The position numbers were made by a program, and so were the translations under genes. Shown here in pieces: positions 1-13,741 of a DNA stretch of 64,000 bases. The DNA lies in assembly GCF_036321535.1 (NCBI RefSeq), contig NC_087436.1, forward strand, positions 64,358,001 to 64,422,000, given 5' to 3'. The notes below the pieces were generated by a model. It was not told where the DNA came from, did no database searches, and worked only from the letters and a program-made list of their open reading frames with translations. The stretch's first letter is position 1; each line of letters opens with the position of its first letter. The stretch comes from Camelus dromedarius. Its lineage: Eukaryota.

Positions 1-277
1 ACCATGCTATATATTAGATCTCCAGAACTTATTAAGTGTATAACTACTAGACATTTATACCCTGTGACCAACATCTCCCCATTTACCTTATCCCGCAACC
101 CCCACCAACCACTATTCTAATCTCTGTTTCTATGAGTTTGGCTATTTTAGATTCTATATAAAGTGATATCATACAGTATTTGTCTTTGACTTACATCGCT
201 TAGCATAATGTCCTCAAGGTTCATCACTGTTGTTACAAATGGCAAGAATTCCTTCTTTCACATGACTAAATAATATT

Positions 278-318
<41 letters not shown>

Positions 319-428
319 CTGCTCTATCCATTCATCCCTCGATGGGCACTTAGGTTCTTTCCATGTCTTGGCTATTGAGAACAATACAGTAATGAACACG
401 AGGGTACAGATAATTCTTCAAGATCCTC
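1..428 (-). mobile_element. L1 3' end fragment (L1MA-like), running off the window start
   Basis: Typical L1 ORF2-end/3'UTR motifs (tttctatgagtttggct...catacagtatttgtc...tccatgtcttggctattg). ORF 214..399 gives MFITVLFSIAKTWKEPKCPSRDEWI, i.e. the L1 ORF2 C-terminus. Confidence 0.9.
281..316. repeat. (GT)18 microsatellite inside L1
   Basis: Read directly from the sequence. Confidence 0.98.
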
Positions 429-857
429 ACTCAAGATACTGAATATAACTTTCTTTACTCAGAATTTCTGCCTGGAATAGTTATTATCTTTTTGCCCATG
501 TTCACATAGTATTTCATCTTTTAAGGCTATCTCAAGTTTGCTTCCTTCAAAAATCTTTCTTGAGCAATGAAACGTATAGCTTCATTACTTTTTCATCTGT
601 TTTACACTTTCATCGTACTTCATGATGGTTAAGCTTTGCATAGGTGTGTGCGATCTCTCTGTGACTGTAAGCTTTTAGAGTGACATGGAGAGACTTAGGA
701 AGAGTCTCAGTACTTTTGCTCTGGATCATCTGCCCGTCTACCCTCCCCTGTCATGAACTTTCACCCATCTGATCTTACTGTCGTTATTCTATAACCTTTG
801 GTTTTAGGAATCATGGATACTGTCTTTTGGCTTTTGGGATTTTTGCCACACTCACAT

Positions 858-1475
858 TGTTAGTCAGGGTTCTCCAGATTGTTTTCCAGTTTGGTTCACA
901 AGGAATGAAAATTTCTAAAACTGTGTCATGTTTCCTTATCACAATTATCTATATGTAGATATATATATATATTTATACTGGAGTTAGTGAGAGATTAATA
1001 TAAAAATATTTAATATGAGAGATTGACTTACCCAATTATAGAGGCTGAAAAGTCCCATGATTTGCTATCTGCAAGTTGGAGGCACAGGAAACAAGTGATG
1101 TTCCAGTCCAAACTCAAAAACCTGAAAACTCAGGGAGCCTATGGTGTATGTCCCCATTGGAGTTCAGAAGGCCACTGGTAAAAGTCCAAAGGCCTGAGAA
1201 CCAGGAGCACAATGTCAGAGGGCAGAAAATAGATATCCCAGCTTAGGCAGAAAGAAAATTTACACTTCCTCTGCCTTTTTCTTGTATTCAGACCCTCAGC
1301 AGCCCACCTAAATTGGTGAGGTTGCTCTTTGTTAGTCTTACAGAAAGAATCAAATGCTAATAATCTTTGCTAATCTTTTCCAGAGACACTCTCAGGGACA
1401 TACTCAGAAATGTTTTACCAGCTACCTGGGCATTTCTTAGCCCAGTCACATTGACACACAGAATTAAACATCACA
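858..1475 (-). mobile_element. ERVL solo LTR, MLT2 family (MLT2B/D-like)
   Basis: TG...CA termini (tgttagtcagggttctccaga ... aaacatcaca). The reverse complement starts tgtgatgtttaattctgtgtgtcaatgtgactgggctaag, the MLT2 start. Exact 5-bp TSD CACAT at 853-857 and 1476-1480. Confidence 0.9.
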
Positions 1476-3094
1476 CACATGAATGTTTATCATTTTCTTG
1501 ATTTTGTGTGATACCTCTGAAGCTCCTTCTGCCACACTCTTGGAATCCCATTCTGTACAGAATAACTCCTAGGTCTGAGATAATCCCAAAGTGGAGAGGG
1601 AATTTAAACAACAACCATGTCTTATGTTTAATAACTCCCAGCAGCCACATTGTAGCTGATAAATATGCATTTAGAAATTAAATTGCCATATCCCTTAAAA
1701 TTTCTTTTGAATTGTATAATTCTTTTTACTGAATTCTTGTTTGTCTTGAAATTATAATTTTTACTCTTAGAACATTTTGAACAGCCAGTTTGGAGTTTCT
1801 GACATTTAGAAAAAGCCTGGGATAATTGCGGTATGTGAAACTTGACACAGTTTTAGAAATTTTATCCCTTATGAATATAATTGGAGGACAGTGTGGAATG
1901 TAATTTTATTAAATGTTGAAAACTTATAACAAGTAGATATGAATTGATTTATTCAGACACTTGCTATGTTTTTAGGCAATCTCCATGTGGACAATTTAAT
2001 TTAAAGGTCACCACTTTGTATATGTATCCTCAAAAAGTGTGATTAATGTTACCCTCATGCCAAAGCTTCATAAGTCAAAAGGAATAGCTTTATATTAATT
2101 GTTTTATAATAGTCCACTCATTCTAACATTTTTTCCGCTGTAATTTTGGTAATTCTAAATTTCACGCTTTTCTTTTTGACCTCAGAACATAATTGCCTTT
2201 GGTTATTCCTCCAGGGTGTTAATTTTAATTGTCACTGTGTTACACTTAATTAAATACTAAGATATTTAAATTATATATATTCTTTGTTGAAATAGACTTG
2301 CTGAAATTCAGTTTATTAGATGTTTAACTCGTAGTAGATGTACTTTTAAAGAAAGTAGATGATAGATTGATATTTCATTGGGTTTCCAGTGTTATTTTTG
2401 CTTTCAAGTATTTCAGACTAGATTTTTGGGGCACATATTTTAAAACTTGGATAAGTGTTGGCATGTAAAAAGGCACAGAAAAATATGTACATTTAAAAAT
2501 ATCATGTCATAGGCTCTGCTGAAACTTAAAATTGGGAATATTTGCTTTTTGGCAGCATTTAAGTTATGAAGTATTTTTAAAAGTTATTGCTGATAATTTA
2601 TTGTAGAAAAAAACCCACTTCCAGATATGTAAATGTCCTTCTCTATAATTAAGAAACTCCTTTAAAGTCATTAGCCTTGACTTAGAAATATTTTAATTTA
2701 CTTCTTCTTCATAAGGAACCAGATCTGTTTCCTTTTTCACTTTAAAGTTTTCAAAAGAGCCTTTTTTCCTTCTTACGATCATTGGTAGATAGGAGAAAAA
2801 ATTGTTTTTAATCCTACTGGTAATCTATTTATAGTGCTGAAAACTGAGTATTTTTATATTATATATAATGTATGAAATACATGATTAAATAATAAAATAA
2901 GATTAAAATATATTATATTAAGAAAAAAAAAACTAATGGCCTAAATAATGTTTAAGCAAGAGGATGGTAATAGACTATCAGTGTGGGTCCATTCATAATG
3001 TTTCTCTTTTACTAATTTGGTAATTCTTAAGTATCATCTAACAGTTTCAATGTCCACTCTTTAAACATTCTTTCAGACTTAATTAATTCTGCAC

Positions 3095-3510
3095 TGTATT
3101 GGTAATATATAGCCCAAAACTTAGTAGCTTTAAACAAATACTTTACCCTCTATGGATTCTTTAGGTTAGCAATCTGGGAGTAGTTTAGCTTGTTGATTCT
3201 GACTCAAGGTTTCTCCTAAGGTTGTAGTTACCCAAAGGAAGAGTTTCTGGTAGCTGGACGGTCAGCCTCCAAGATGCCTCACTCTCCTCCTTGCCAGTTC
3301 ATTCTGGCTGTCAGCAGAGTTCTTAGTTCCTTTTCTAAACTTCTCATGGGCTGCTTGTTAATAAACTGCTCTTGGAAATAAATAATACACTCTCATTTCT
3401 ACTAGGCTATGTCCATTAGAAGTGAGTCACTTAGTAAAGCCCACATTCAGGGAGAAAGGGGATAAAAATGGAGAACTATCAAAGGATTGTAAACACATTT
3501 TAAAATTATA
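3095..3510 (-). mobile_element. Old MaLR solo LTR (MLT1F/G/H-like)
   Basis: cccaaaacttagtagctttaaacaa ... tccattagaagtgagtcacttagtaaagcccacattcaggga resemble MLT1 consensus motifs; highly diverged. Confidence 0.7.
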
Positions 3511-3931
3511 TATGTCCAGTGATTAAGTAATATGCTCTTCATTTCTTCAGTGTCCGCTGATATTCCAACTTCTGCATTCATTCTCTTCCACTCTGTAGGC
3601 ACTCCTTGAGCTACTTCATGTTTATTACCATGGTTTTAGCCTGAGTTCTAGACTCATGAATGCAAATGAGGACTGAACATTTCTGAGTATTATCCTGACA
3701 CCTTAAATTCAACGTGTTTAAAAACTTAATTACACTGGGTTAATTCCGTCAACCAACTAGCTGGCTGCTTGCCTCCTAATCAGTGTTGAATCTTTCACTT
3801 ATATTTATTTATATACTTTATCCTAGAATCCTATGTCTCAGATAGCACTTCCTTTTTGCATACTCCCTTCTAATGTCCTAGGGTTATCCTAGCAAGTCTC
3901 TGACCTCTGTTCCTTGGAATCCAGGAGGAAT

Positions 3932-5598
3932 TTTTTTTTTTGCCTTACATTTAAATTTTTTTAATATAATTTTAAAGGTTACACTCTGTTTATGGTTATT
4001 ACAAAATATTGACTATATTTCCCATGTTGTACAATACATCCTTGAAGCCTATCTTACATGCAGTAGTTTGTACCTCCCACTCCCCCACACTGTATTGCCC
4101 CTTCTCTGCCTCACTGGTAAACACTAATTTGTTATCTGTTATCTGTGAGTCTGATTTTTTTTGTTTCAATCATTTCTTGTATTTTTTAGATTTTGCATAT
4201 TTGTGATATCATGCAGTATTTGTCTTTCTCTGTGTGACTTATTTCACTTAGCATAATGCTCTTCAGACCCATCCATGTTGCTGCAAATGGCAACATTTGT
4301 TCTTTTTTATGACTGAGAAATATTCCATTATATATATCACATCTTCTTTATCCCTTTATCTGTTGACAGGCACTTAGGTTGCTTCCATATCTTGGCAAAT
4401 GTACATAATGCTGCTATGAACATTGGGGTGCATGTATTTTTTCAAATTTAGTGCTTTGGAGTTTTTTGGATATATATCCAGGAGTGAAATTGCTTTGTTA
4501 CATGGTAGTTCTATTTTTAGTTTTCTGAGAAACCTCCATAATGTTTTCCACAGCAGCTGTACCAATTTACATTTCCACCAAGTGTAGGAAGATTCCCTTT
4601 TCTTCACATCCTCGCCAACGTTTGTTATTTTGATGATAGCCATTCTGACAGGTGTGGAATGATACCTCACTGGAGTTTTTATTTGCATTTCCCTGATGAT
4701 TAGCAATGTTGAGCATCTTTCTATGTGCCTGTTGGCCATCTTCATTTCCTTTTTAGAAAAAAAGTCTATTCAGTTCTGCCCTTTTTTTTTATTTCACTTA
4801 GGAGATGGATCCAAAAAGATATTGCTGCTATTTTTGTCGATGAGTGTTCTGCCTATTTTTTCCCTCTAGGAGTTTTAGAGTATCCAGTCTTACATTTAGA
4901 TCTTTAATCCATTTTGAGTTTATTTTTGTACACAGAGTTAGAGAATGTTCTAATTTCATTCTTTGCCTGTAGCTGTACAGGTTTCCCGGCATCACTTATT
5001 GAAAAGACTGTATTTTTCTATTGTATATTCTTGCCTCATTTGTCATAGATTAGTTGGCCAAAGGGCATGGGTTTATTTCTGGGCTCTCTATCCTGTTCCG
5101 TTGACCTCTATGTCTGTTTTTGTGCCATTGCCATACCTTTTTTATTACTGTAGCTTTTCATATAGTCTGAAGTCAGGGAGAGTGATTCTTCCAGCTCTGT
5201 TCTTGTTTCCAGAGACCATTTGGGGTATTTTGTGTTTCTATACAAATTTTAAAATTATTTGTTCTAGTTCTGTGAAAAATGCCATTGCTATTTTGGTATG
5301 GATTTCTTTGAATCTGTAGATTGCCTTCAGTAGTATGGTCATTTTAACAATACTGATTCTTCCAGTCTAAGAACACATTATATCTTTCTATCTGTTTGTG
5401 TGGTCTTCAGTTTCTTTCATCAGTGTCTTACAGTTTTTGGAGTATAGGTATTTTGCCTGTTTAGGTATTTTATTCTTTTTGATATGATGGTAAAAGAGAT
5501 TGTTTCCTTAGTTTCTTTTTCTGATACCTCACTGTTAGTGTACAGAAATGTGATAGATTTTTCTGTATATTAATTTTGTATCCTGCAACTTTATCCTG
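3932..5598 (-). mobile_element. 5'-truncated L1 (cetartiodactyl-type): 3'UTR plus ORF2 3' part, degraded
   Basis: Poly-T at 3931-3941, then L1 3'UTR. ORF 4374..4745 ([33 protein letters not shown]) is the ORF2 Cys-rich region, and ORF2 sequence continues to ~5595. Candidate TSD caggag(g/t)aat at 3922-3931 and 5599-5608. Confidence 0.93.
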
Positions 5599-7475
5599 CA
5601 GGAGTAATCATTTTCCTGTTTGGTCTCTAGCTTTTAGCCTCCTGTCTCCATCCTCCCCCCTCCATCTTTAGATTAGTCTCTTTAGTTAGCATAACTCACA
5701 ATTCACCAAGAATTTATAGCATTTTGAGTCCGTTGTCACCAAGCAGGATTACAGTAAGAAAGCCCGAGGAAAGACTTAAAAAAACAAGAGGTTTCAGCAA
5801 TATAATGGCTGATGTCTCAGAAAAGGAAAAATGAATCGGAGTGATTTATACTGAAACAGCTAATCATGAACAGGGAGCTATTTCTCTTGTTATTTAATCC
5901 TGGGTCAGGAGCGCTTTTAGTTAGGCATGTGTTTGACATGGAACTTGGACACATCCTGAGTTTCTGGCCATCTTTAGCAGAGAAGCTCAATTTTATTTGT
6001 GTCTCCATAGTCCCATGGTGAATGGGTAGTTCCAAAGTACAACATCTTACCAGAAGTCTACCAGATTCCACATCTAAAGCTTTTCCAATTTATTCAGCCA
6101 ATGTATATCAGACACCCAATAGGTGACATTCTGTTCCTTGTTACAGAAGATTAATAACTCATGGGATAAAAGTGGGAAGGAGCTCAAGTCCCATATTATT
6201 TTTCCATAGTCACTTCACAGTGCCCTATGCAATATTACCCTGCTACAGAATACAACAGACTTCTTCATTGACTAACCTGAATTTGAATTGTTGACATTTT
6301 CCATATCTTAATCTTTTTCTCTAGTAACCAAAGTCTCTCCATTGTTAGCATGATAACTGAATAGTAAACAAAACAAAGACCATTTACCTTAAGCATATTT
6401 TTTCATTGAATGTTGGTTGTTGATTAAAGCATTTTGCAATATAATTAAAAGTAGTTTAAGTAGCTAATTAGATAATGTTATACAGTAATTTCCAGTAACA
6501 CATTCCTTTAAAAGAAAGCATCCATCATTTAGGAATGCAATTTATCACTGAGTTACTGTTACAAATGCAATTATATATTAAATGGAAGAGAGCATCACAA
6601 ATCAACTCTGGTATTCTGTAAAAATTTCCGTATCTATAACTTTTGAATAATTCTTAAGGGGTTGAAGAGATATGTGAGAAATTTGGGACTCCATATTTTA
6701 GTTGACCTTGCAATTGTCTGGGATCTGGTTCTAAATCATATTTTTGGCAGTTAAGACCCAGATTAAAGCTAAGTCTGTGTACACGTTTTGACAAAATTGA
6801 CTGATGAGTTTAATCAACCAGATTGTCCACTTAGTCAAACAAATGCTTTGACTGTATGATTTGCTTATTTGTTTTTTTGTTAAACCAACTTGTTTTAAAC
6901 AATTAACTTAATTGGTTAGGTTAACAAAATATAGCAAGATCATCTCAATGTTTGGAAGCAAGTTCAATGTGATTTTCTTTAAAATGGCTATACCAAAGTT
7001 AAGAAACAAATTGTCTCTTAGCATATGCTCTAAAGTTTACTGTAAAACATTCTGACAAATTCTGATTTCAAGAACCTTTTATAAAAAAGCAAACACAAAA
7101 CATGTAGGTTCTATTTAAACTGATTAAAATCATGAAACTGGATTCCCAAATTGGAACATTTTTATTGTTCAATGATTTTATTATTTAAAATACTGTATAT
7201 ACTAATCAAAATATCTTTTTCCATTAAGATAGAATCTTGGTACTAACAAGGACTTCACGTTTAAACAGCAAACTAATTTCAGAATGATAAATAAACATGT
7301 ATACTTATTTTAGAAACAATAGAAACACGTATTTCAGAAATTCAGTGTCTATTGTGAGACTGTCCTGTCAAAATGCTGACTCAACATCAAACTTCAGAAA
7401 TAATGTTACAGCCAATTTCTGTTTATATTAATCTTCATAACATTTCTTTGATCAGTGGTGTGGATGTGCTAGTCT

Positions 7476-7503
7476 TGTGTGTGTGTGTCTGTGTGTGTGT
7501 CTG

Positions 7504-7536
<33 letters not shown>
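7476..7536. repeat. Compound (TG)n/(TCTG)n microsatellite
   Basis: Read directly; explains ORFs 7452..7766 and 7477..7680. Confidence 0.95.
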
Positions 7537-8429
7537 CCCTGCCTGTGTTTGAAGAGAATAGGGGAGAAAACAGAACAGATGTTGAATGATAACCAGTCCA
7601 GAATGGAAATAACTGTGCAGTGCAGCTTGAGCACTTTAACCTGCTTTGAACTTATTCTGGGGTCTTTGGTACGTTTATAGTTTTTCCAAAATATTATAGA
7701 AATGAGGTAAAAACTAATCTCTTTCTCAATTTTGAAATAATACATGTGGTTCCACAACCAAATCAATATTTTCTGTAAGTTTCAAGGGAAAATATTTATA
7801 GTAAAAAAATTTCTCTTTCCTTATTCCCACTCTTTTAACATTTTCTCACTTCTCTCTACTTTACCTTTAACATTTCATGTTTAGTAAAAAAAAAAAGCCA
7901 TAAGAAAAGTTGAATGTATTTATTTAAATATGTTTTATGTATGTGAACATTAGTGAGTTAATCAACTATCCATGCAAATTTATAGCTATCATGCATTTAT
8001 CCCTATGATTAATTCTTTTATGTGAAAATCAACTTATTAGCTGGCTGGTAATCACAATTTTAGAATTTCAACTATGTGCTTTTAAAAGACGACTTGTTGA
8101 GTTTTTACAATAAAATATTTGACTGTCTTCCAACAATGTACTGATTATGTTCATAATCTAGGAATGTGAAACTCTTAAACCCGACATGAAAAGATAGACG
8201 ATTTTCTGTATAAAAATGAAACATGTATGTTCAGCAAACATCTGAAAGCAGTAACAAACTGGAAAAACATATTTGCCATGAATATAAAGAACAAATTTTC
8301 AATTTTCTTTTTTGCCAAGAACTTTTGCAAAAACAAATTATGTGTAAATGTGAGCAAACAATTCACAAAAGAATTATGAAGGGTCAATAAATATATGAAA
8401 GTATATTGTGTAAGTAAAATAGTGAAAAT

Positions 8430-9110
8430 TAAAGATATTGTGTCTATCACATTGTCAAAATATAAAGGAATTGTTAACATGTACTTTTGAAGAGGAAAGT
8501 ACTGCTGGTGGAAATGTGCATTTGTAGTAAGGTTTTTGGACATCTTATTCATATTTGCCAAACTTCAAATATATATGCCTCTTCACCAATTTCATTTATA
8601 GAAGTATACCATAAAATGTATTTGGATAATTGTATTTTTCTATATTATCCAAGGTACACAGATATGTTTATTTTTCTTTGCAATATTATGGCACAAAAAC
8701 ACTGGGACATTTCTAAATGTCCATCAACATAAGACCAATTAAATTATGTTTTATATGTATATATAATGCAGCCATTAAAATGAGGGATATGGCATAGAAA
8801 TGAAAATATTTCCATCATACACTGTTAAATTAATAAATAAAATACATCAAGGTCTCAATATGTGTAGTGTTATATTACCTGAGTAAGTTACTTAGGTAGG
8901 ATTAAAAGAGGGGTAGGAAGAAACATAAAATGTTTTTTTTTTTTCCTATAGAAAATTCTAATACAAAGGTTACCACATTGTTAACTGGTTGTCTTTTGAT
9001 ACTGGAGGAAATATGTGGGGAGGGAGCTGAAGGAAAATTTAATTTGTCTCCATACAAATTTCTATTTTCTTAAATAAAGAACATTCACTATTTATATAAT
9101 TAACTCATAC
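8430..9110 (+). mobile_element. Ancient L1M (L1ME-like) ORF2 end/3'UTR fragment
   Basis: gtactgctggtggaaatgtgcatttg..., ctaaatgtccatcaaca, aatgcagccattaaaa resemble the L1 3' region; heavily diverged. Confidence 0.6.
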
Positions 9111-9575
9111 CTGAAACAATAAAACAATTTAAAAATTGAAATAGACTATTTAAATCAGTATGTACAAACTCAAGAATAGTGCATTTTTTTGTAATGGTTT
9201 CCATATAAAACAAAACAAAACATGCACACGATATTCTTGAGGTTAATCTGACAGTTTGCTCTACAAACTGCATGATATTTCTGTATTGTCTTTAGCTCAC
9301 ATTCCAGCCAATATTTTAGAAAATCCATGGTGCTTTTTTCCATTTATAAGAAAAAATAACTTACATTTTTTATATACATATAAGGTTTTTAAGAAATAAT
9401 TATTATTGTTAGCATTTTAAAAATCCTATGAAATTACTGAAGTGTGAGAAATCTATTTTTAGTTAAAATTATGAGTCACAACTGCTTTATTCCTTGTTTT
9501 AGCTTATTCTAAACACATACTTTTCCTTTGTAGATAAAAAAGATGATTTATTTTTCTTTCTCCTCCTTCTGGTAG

Positions 9576-9789
9576 CTTTCAGCCGTGCCCCAATTCCGAT
9601 GGCTGTGGTCCGCAGAGAGCTCTCCTGTGAGAGCTACCCCATAGAGCTCCGCTGTCCAGGAACAGATGTCATTATGATCGAAAGTGCCAACTATGGGAGG
9701 ACTGATGACAAAATTTGTGACTCTGACCCTGCTCAGATGGAGAATATACGATGCTATCTGCCTGACGCCTATAAGATTATGTCTCAAAG
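9576..9789 (+). CDS. ADGRL3: Internal coding exon of adhesion GPCR L3 (latrophilin-3); N-terminal part of the SUEL/galactose-rhamnose-binding lectin domain
   Basis: Polypyrimidine tract 9547-9570, then acceptor ...ggtAG|ct at 9574-9575. Reads (A)[70 protein letters not shown](R), matching mammalian ADGRL3 as I recall it (the paralogues ADGRL1/2 differ in this stretch). Donor AG|GTATGA at 9789/9790. Length 214 nt, phase 1 in and phase 2 out. The ORF-track extension YDISNIL... is intron read-through. Confidence 0.97.
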
Positions 9790-12700
9790 GTATGATATTT
9801 CTAATATTCTTTGTGCATTTAATATAAACTTTCAAAATGCATCTGTGACATATTGAGTGTAGGTAAGAACATAAAAAATTTGTGTATTTTAGGATTCTCT
9901 GAACTTCTTTTTCAGTATTAAACTATTCCCCATATCACTGAAATGCTACTTTTAAAATTGCAAGTACTTTTTGGAAAATATTAAAATGTATTAGATTATT
10001 TTTTCATGGTCTACTCTTTGTTCTCTCAAACTGGGCTCATTAGTTGAGAAACTAAATTTGTTTTTCAGTTTTCAAAAACAGAATTTTAGAATTTTCTCCA
10101 TAAATTACAGAAAAACTGTTTTACTACTAGCAGTTATTTTCCATCAGTTTAGATAAAGAGAATAAAATTTAAATTGACAGGAAATATTTATAGTTATTAA
10201 TCAAAATATAGTAAAAGACTATTGATTAATGACCATTTGACCTTGGAGAACAGTAAAGAAAGTATTACTTTGATAACTAGTATGTAAATTAATTCATTTA
10301 ATATATTTAAGCTATCTGAAATATTACCGTATATTACCAAATAATATAAATTAAGGTACTATATAAAGTCCCTGGATAAGTAAAAGAAGATCTTTAATTC
10401 TAAAGAGACTGGTAAATAGGAATCCATATTATAAAATTTTTATACTAAAAATTCTTGATAAATTAGCTAAATATTAAATATATTTCAAATATGTGTTCAC
10501 TATTACTACAATTTCTCAGAAATCAGTGACAAAATCGTATACTATAAGCCTACTATAAGCCTTCATACTTTCTGATTACTTGCTCACAAAGCAGTTCTTA
10601 AATAATAAATGATTTACTTAGTGAATTTGTTTTTCATTAGAATTTCTATTTAGGCATTTCTTTTGTTTAAGGATTTCTTAAAATATGCAGGAAATCATAG
10701 CATATGTAAAAATAAACAAATTGAAGTATAAAAGCAACAAGATTTAAAGAATTATCTTTCTTGTGCTTAAGAAAGCCTACCTTATTTTTAATCTTCTTGA
10801 TACTGAAAATTTTGAGAGATACATATATATATGTATATATTTGTGTGTAATTAATACATTGATAGTCAATATTTTTAAAAAATTATGTGTATAAATTATT
10901 AAAAGAAATTATATCATGCCAAGATTTTGGTGATCAAAGCTTCTGAGGCATACTTGATGGATAGTGGTCTCTCTGGGGAAATCTGAGGGCTTTTATTTGT
11001 CTATTTCTAAAATGCTGACTCATGCTAAGGTGAATTTTAACAGAAAATAAGCCTTTAAAATTAGGGATTCTATTTGATACAAGTTTGGTTGCATTCAACT
11101 CTTCTTGTGTGTGTCTCTCATTGTTATATGTTTGACATATCTCTAACTATGGTTAAATTCTCCAATGTTATATCTAAAAGAAGTCTAAGCATTTCATTAC
11201 ATGTAAGTGTTGTAATCATCTTTCAAGAGTGTACTTTTCCATAAGTAGTATAGAATAGACACCATGACTAAATTGTCATTTTATTTGTATCAGTCAGATC
11301 ATCAAACATAGGATTTTTTAGAATCCATTCTCGATGTGAGTTGAGGAGGATTTTCAGCTTTCCTGTGATTAGGTTTTCATTTAGAATGTAGCAGAAGCAT
11401 TAACATCACTAGCTCTTTGATCTCTATACGATTTTCATTGAAATTGCCTTAATCCTTTCATTGATATTATTAATGGCTCCCAAAATAAGTCCTTAATCTT
11501 ATAATTATTGCAAAAATTAGTTACAATGGATCCTCTGGAGCTACTGAATTATATAGGATGCATCTATGAAGTGACAAATCTGCTGAGTAAAACTGCTTCA
11601 GGCACCCTGAGTAAATCATTTGTAGAAGCCCTCCTGGGGGGTTCTCAAATAAAAATTGTCAGTTAGCTGAAATAGCTGTGGTTAATTCTCCATGGAGGCT
11701 AGTTCCTTGTTTGTATTTGAACTGTTAAATGTACTAAATTGACACTTGGCTGAAATAAATGCTTTGGCTCTTGGAGAGAAGAGATCGTCTTCCATCTTGT
11801 AAGCTCCCAAGAGATGGATGATCATGTCCACTTAAGCTGCTTTATAATGAACTTTCACTGTCATGCCAATGATAGCATGTTAAATAAGGCTAATAATAGC
11901 TAATTATGATATGGGCATATATATAAATTATGTTATGGATAGTTAAATGTGTTTGAATTAAAATCATAATAGAAAACATGTTTTTTAAAAGATATTTTAG
12001 ATTTTTTAAACTTCTAGAATGACACTATGTCAGAGTCTAAAATTTCTAAGCATGTCTCTACATGGGAGGATTATCACTAAATACAAACAATTATTTATGT
12101 ATCTTTACATAACCTTGTTAAAAAGCTTCATAACTTGCTTCAGCCTCAAAAATTAGACAGATGTCACAGGCAAGGACAGGCATGAAATGTTATTCACACA
12201 AATGTTTGAATACATATTCAACAAATACATAATTAAAACTGTATACTAAAATGTTAGTTCTAGGTGTGAAAAAAGGAAGACTTGAAACAAAAAGGGTATG
12301 ACATGTGATTTCTGCATTTTTTTTCCCCAGTAGAACTATGCAGTTTGACATCTGCTCTAGAGAAGCCAGTTTCCTCATTGCCTTTCAGATTGAGCCTGGT
12401 ATTCTCAAATCCAAGTGTGTTCTGTTGCTGTTCTGCCCCCAATCCCTGTGCTTTACCTCTTTTTCGTTATACTACTAGAAGCCTTGTTAAAATGTAGAAA
12501 TGCTTTTATTATCCTTCTCAGAACTTCTAATTTCATTCACTGACTATCAACTACATCCATCTTTATTTCGTCTAAACAATAATCCTATATTGTCACATTT
12601 CAGTCAGTTGCCTCATCTTAAGTAAATTATAGACTTCTAGAGGGCAGACTTCTTTTGATTTTACTCAAAAATAACTTTTGATATGTAATGATACATAAGT

Positions 12701-13741
12701 GAGTGAATAAATATGCTCTCCAATTTTGTCATGCTGTTTGAAAGCTTCCCTAACACTATTATCTGAGTAATTTTTTGTTTCTTTTTATTTTGTCTTTACA
12801 CACTTCAGAGTTTAAAAAAACAGTACATATAGCTTTGGAATCTAAATGTGAAATGACTGTTGGCAACTGATAACTGCAGAAAAAGTTTTGCATTTTGAAT
12901 GCAGCTGAGGTTTCATGTTATCTTCAGTTATTAATGGAAATACTTACATTTTTTAATTCCACAAACACCTGAAAGTCCATGATTTGTAGTTCATTATGAG
13001 AGTTACTCTGGAGTTCAGTGGATGAATAAGCCAGGCCTGGTTCCTGCCCACAAAATTGTAGTTTTTTGGCTGATATAAAAACAAATAGCTATATCATTAG
13101 CTCAGTAATTTACTTTCATCTCATTTACATTTATTGAAGAGTTCACAACAAGTGGGAAATCTCTTCTACCTAGATAGTTTTATGGAATGTTCACTGAAGA
13201 GGAAATGTTAGGCTGGTCCTTGAAGGATTGGGCATAGGTAGAACCAGAATAACCAAAGTGTCTTTAGATATATAAATGGACAAACACCAAAAAAGAACAC
13301 AAGGAAACAGTTTCCCTTCAGTGACCCTTCACCCATCCTTTTCTGGCAGGGCTTTACAAGCTTATTGGTGTCTGCCATGCACCATTTAATCTCTCTAGAC
13401 CCTCTTCCAAACATGCCTGAGACCAGTCCCCCACCACCAACCATCCCTATAGATCCAGTGCACATGCTCATATGAAACCTTGATAATTCTATGGTAAATT
13501 AGTTTGGATACACTTCCCTTGTCAATAACCTCCTAATGGTGTCCATTTTTACAAATTGGACATAAATGCCATCTAAATGTGTGAAGTTTGAATATCATAT
13601 GTTATGACATCCTCATGCCAGCTTTTTATGATAAATATTTTAAATATGTGATATAACAGCCTTACTTTACATAGAATTGCCCATATGTTTTAAACTAAAA
13701 AGGAATTTTGAATAAGCGTATATATGTATATATGACGTACA

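Noticed and set aside
4374..4745. ORFs resembling proteins (also 214..399, 17769..18140, 41916..42158)
   Set aside because: Frameshifted L1 ORF2 remnants, not host genes.
9581..9582. Alternative acceptor AG 7 nt into the exon
   Set aside because: Its use would shift the frame; no evidence from sequence alone.
9548..9835. Antisense 95-aa ORF over the exon
   Set aside because: Shadow ORF of the coding exon; no independent support.
9599..9856. Standalone 85-aa gene starting at MAVVRR
   Set aside because: The ATG is an internal Met. Homology starts upstream at the acceptor and stops at the GT donor at 9790.
10540..10561. 11-bp tandem duplicate tactataagcc
   Set aside because: Ordinary slippage duplication.
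12634..12650. CTCF-like motif cttctagagggcag
   Set aside because: Mismatch in the CC core, and it sits in what looks like a decayed L2 3' motif.
13206..13480. Possible old LTR fragment (likewise 5710-6070, and a possible L1 5' fragment at 42830-43130)
   Set aside because: Composition is suggestive, but I could not match a family, termini or TSD.
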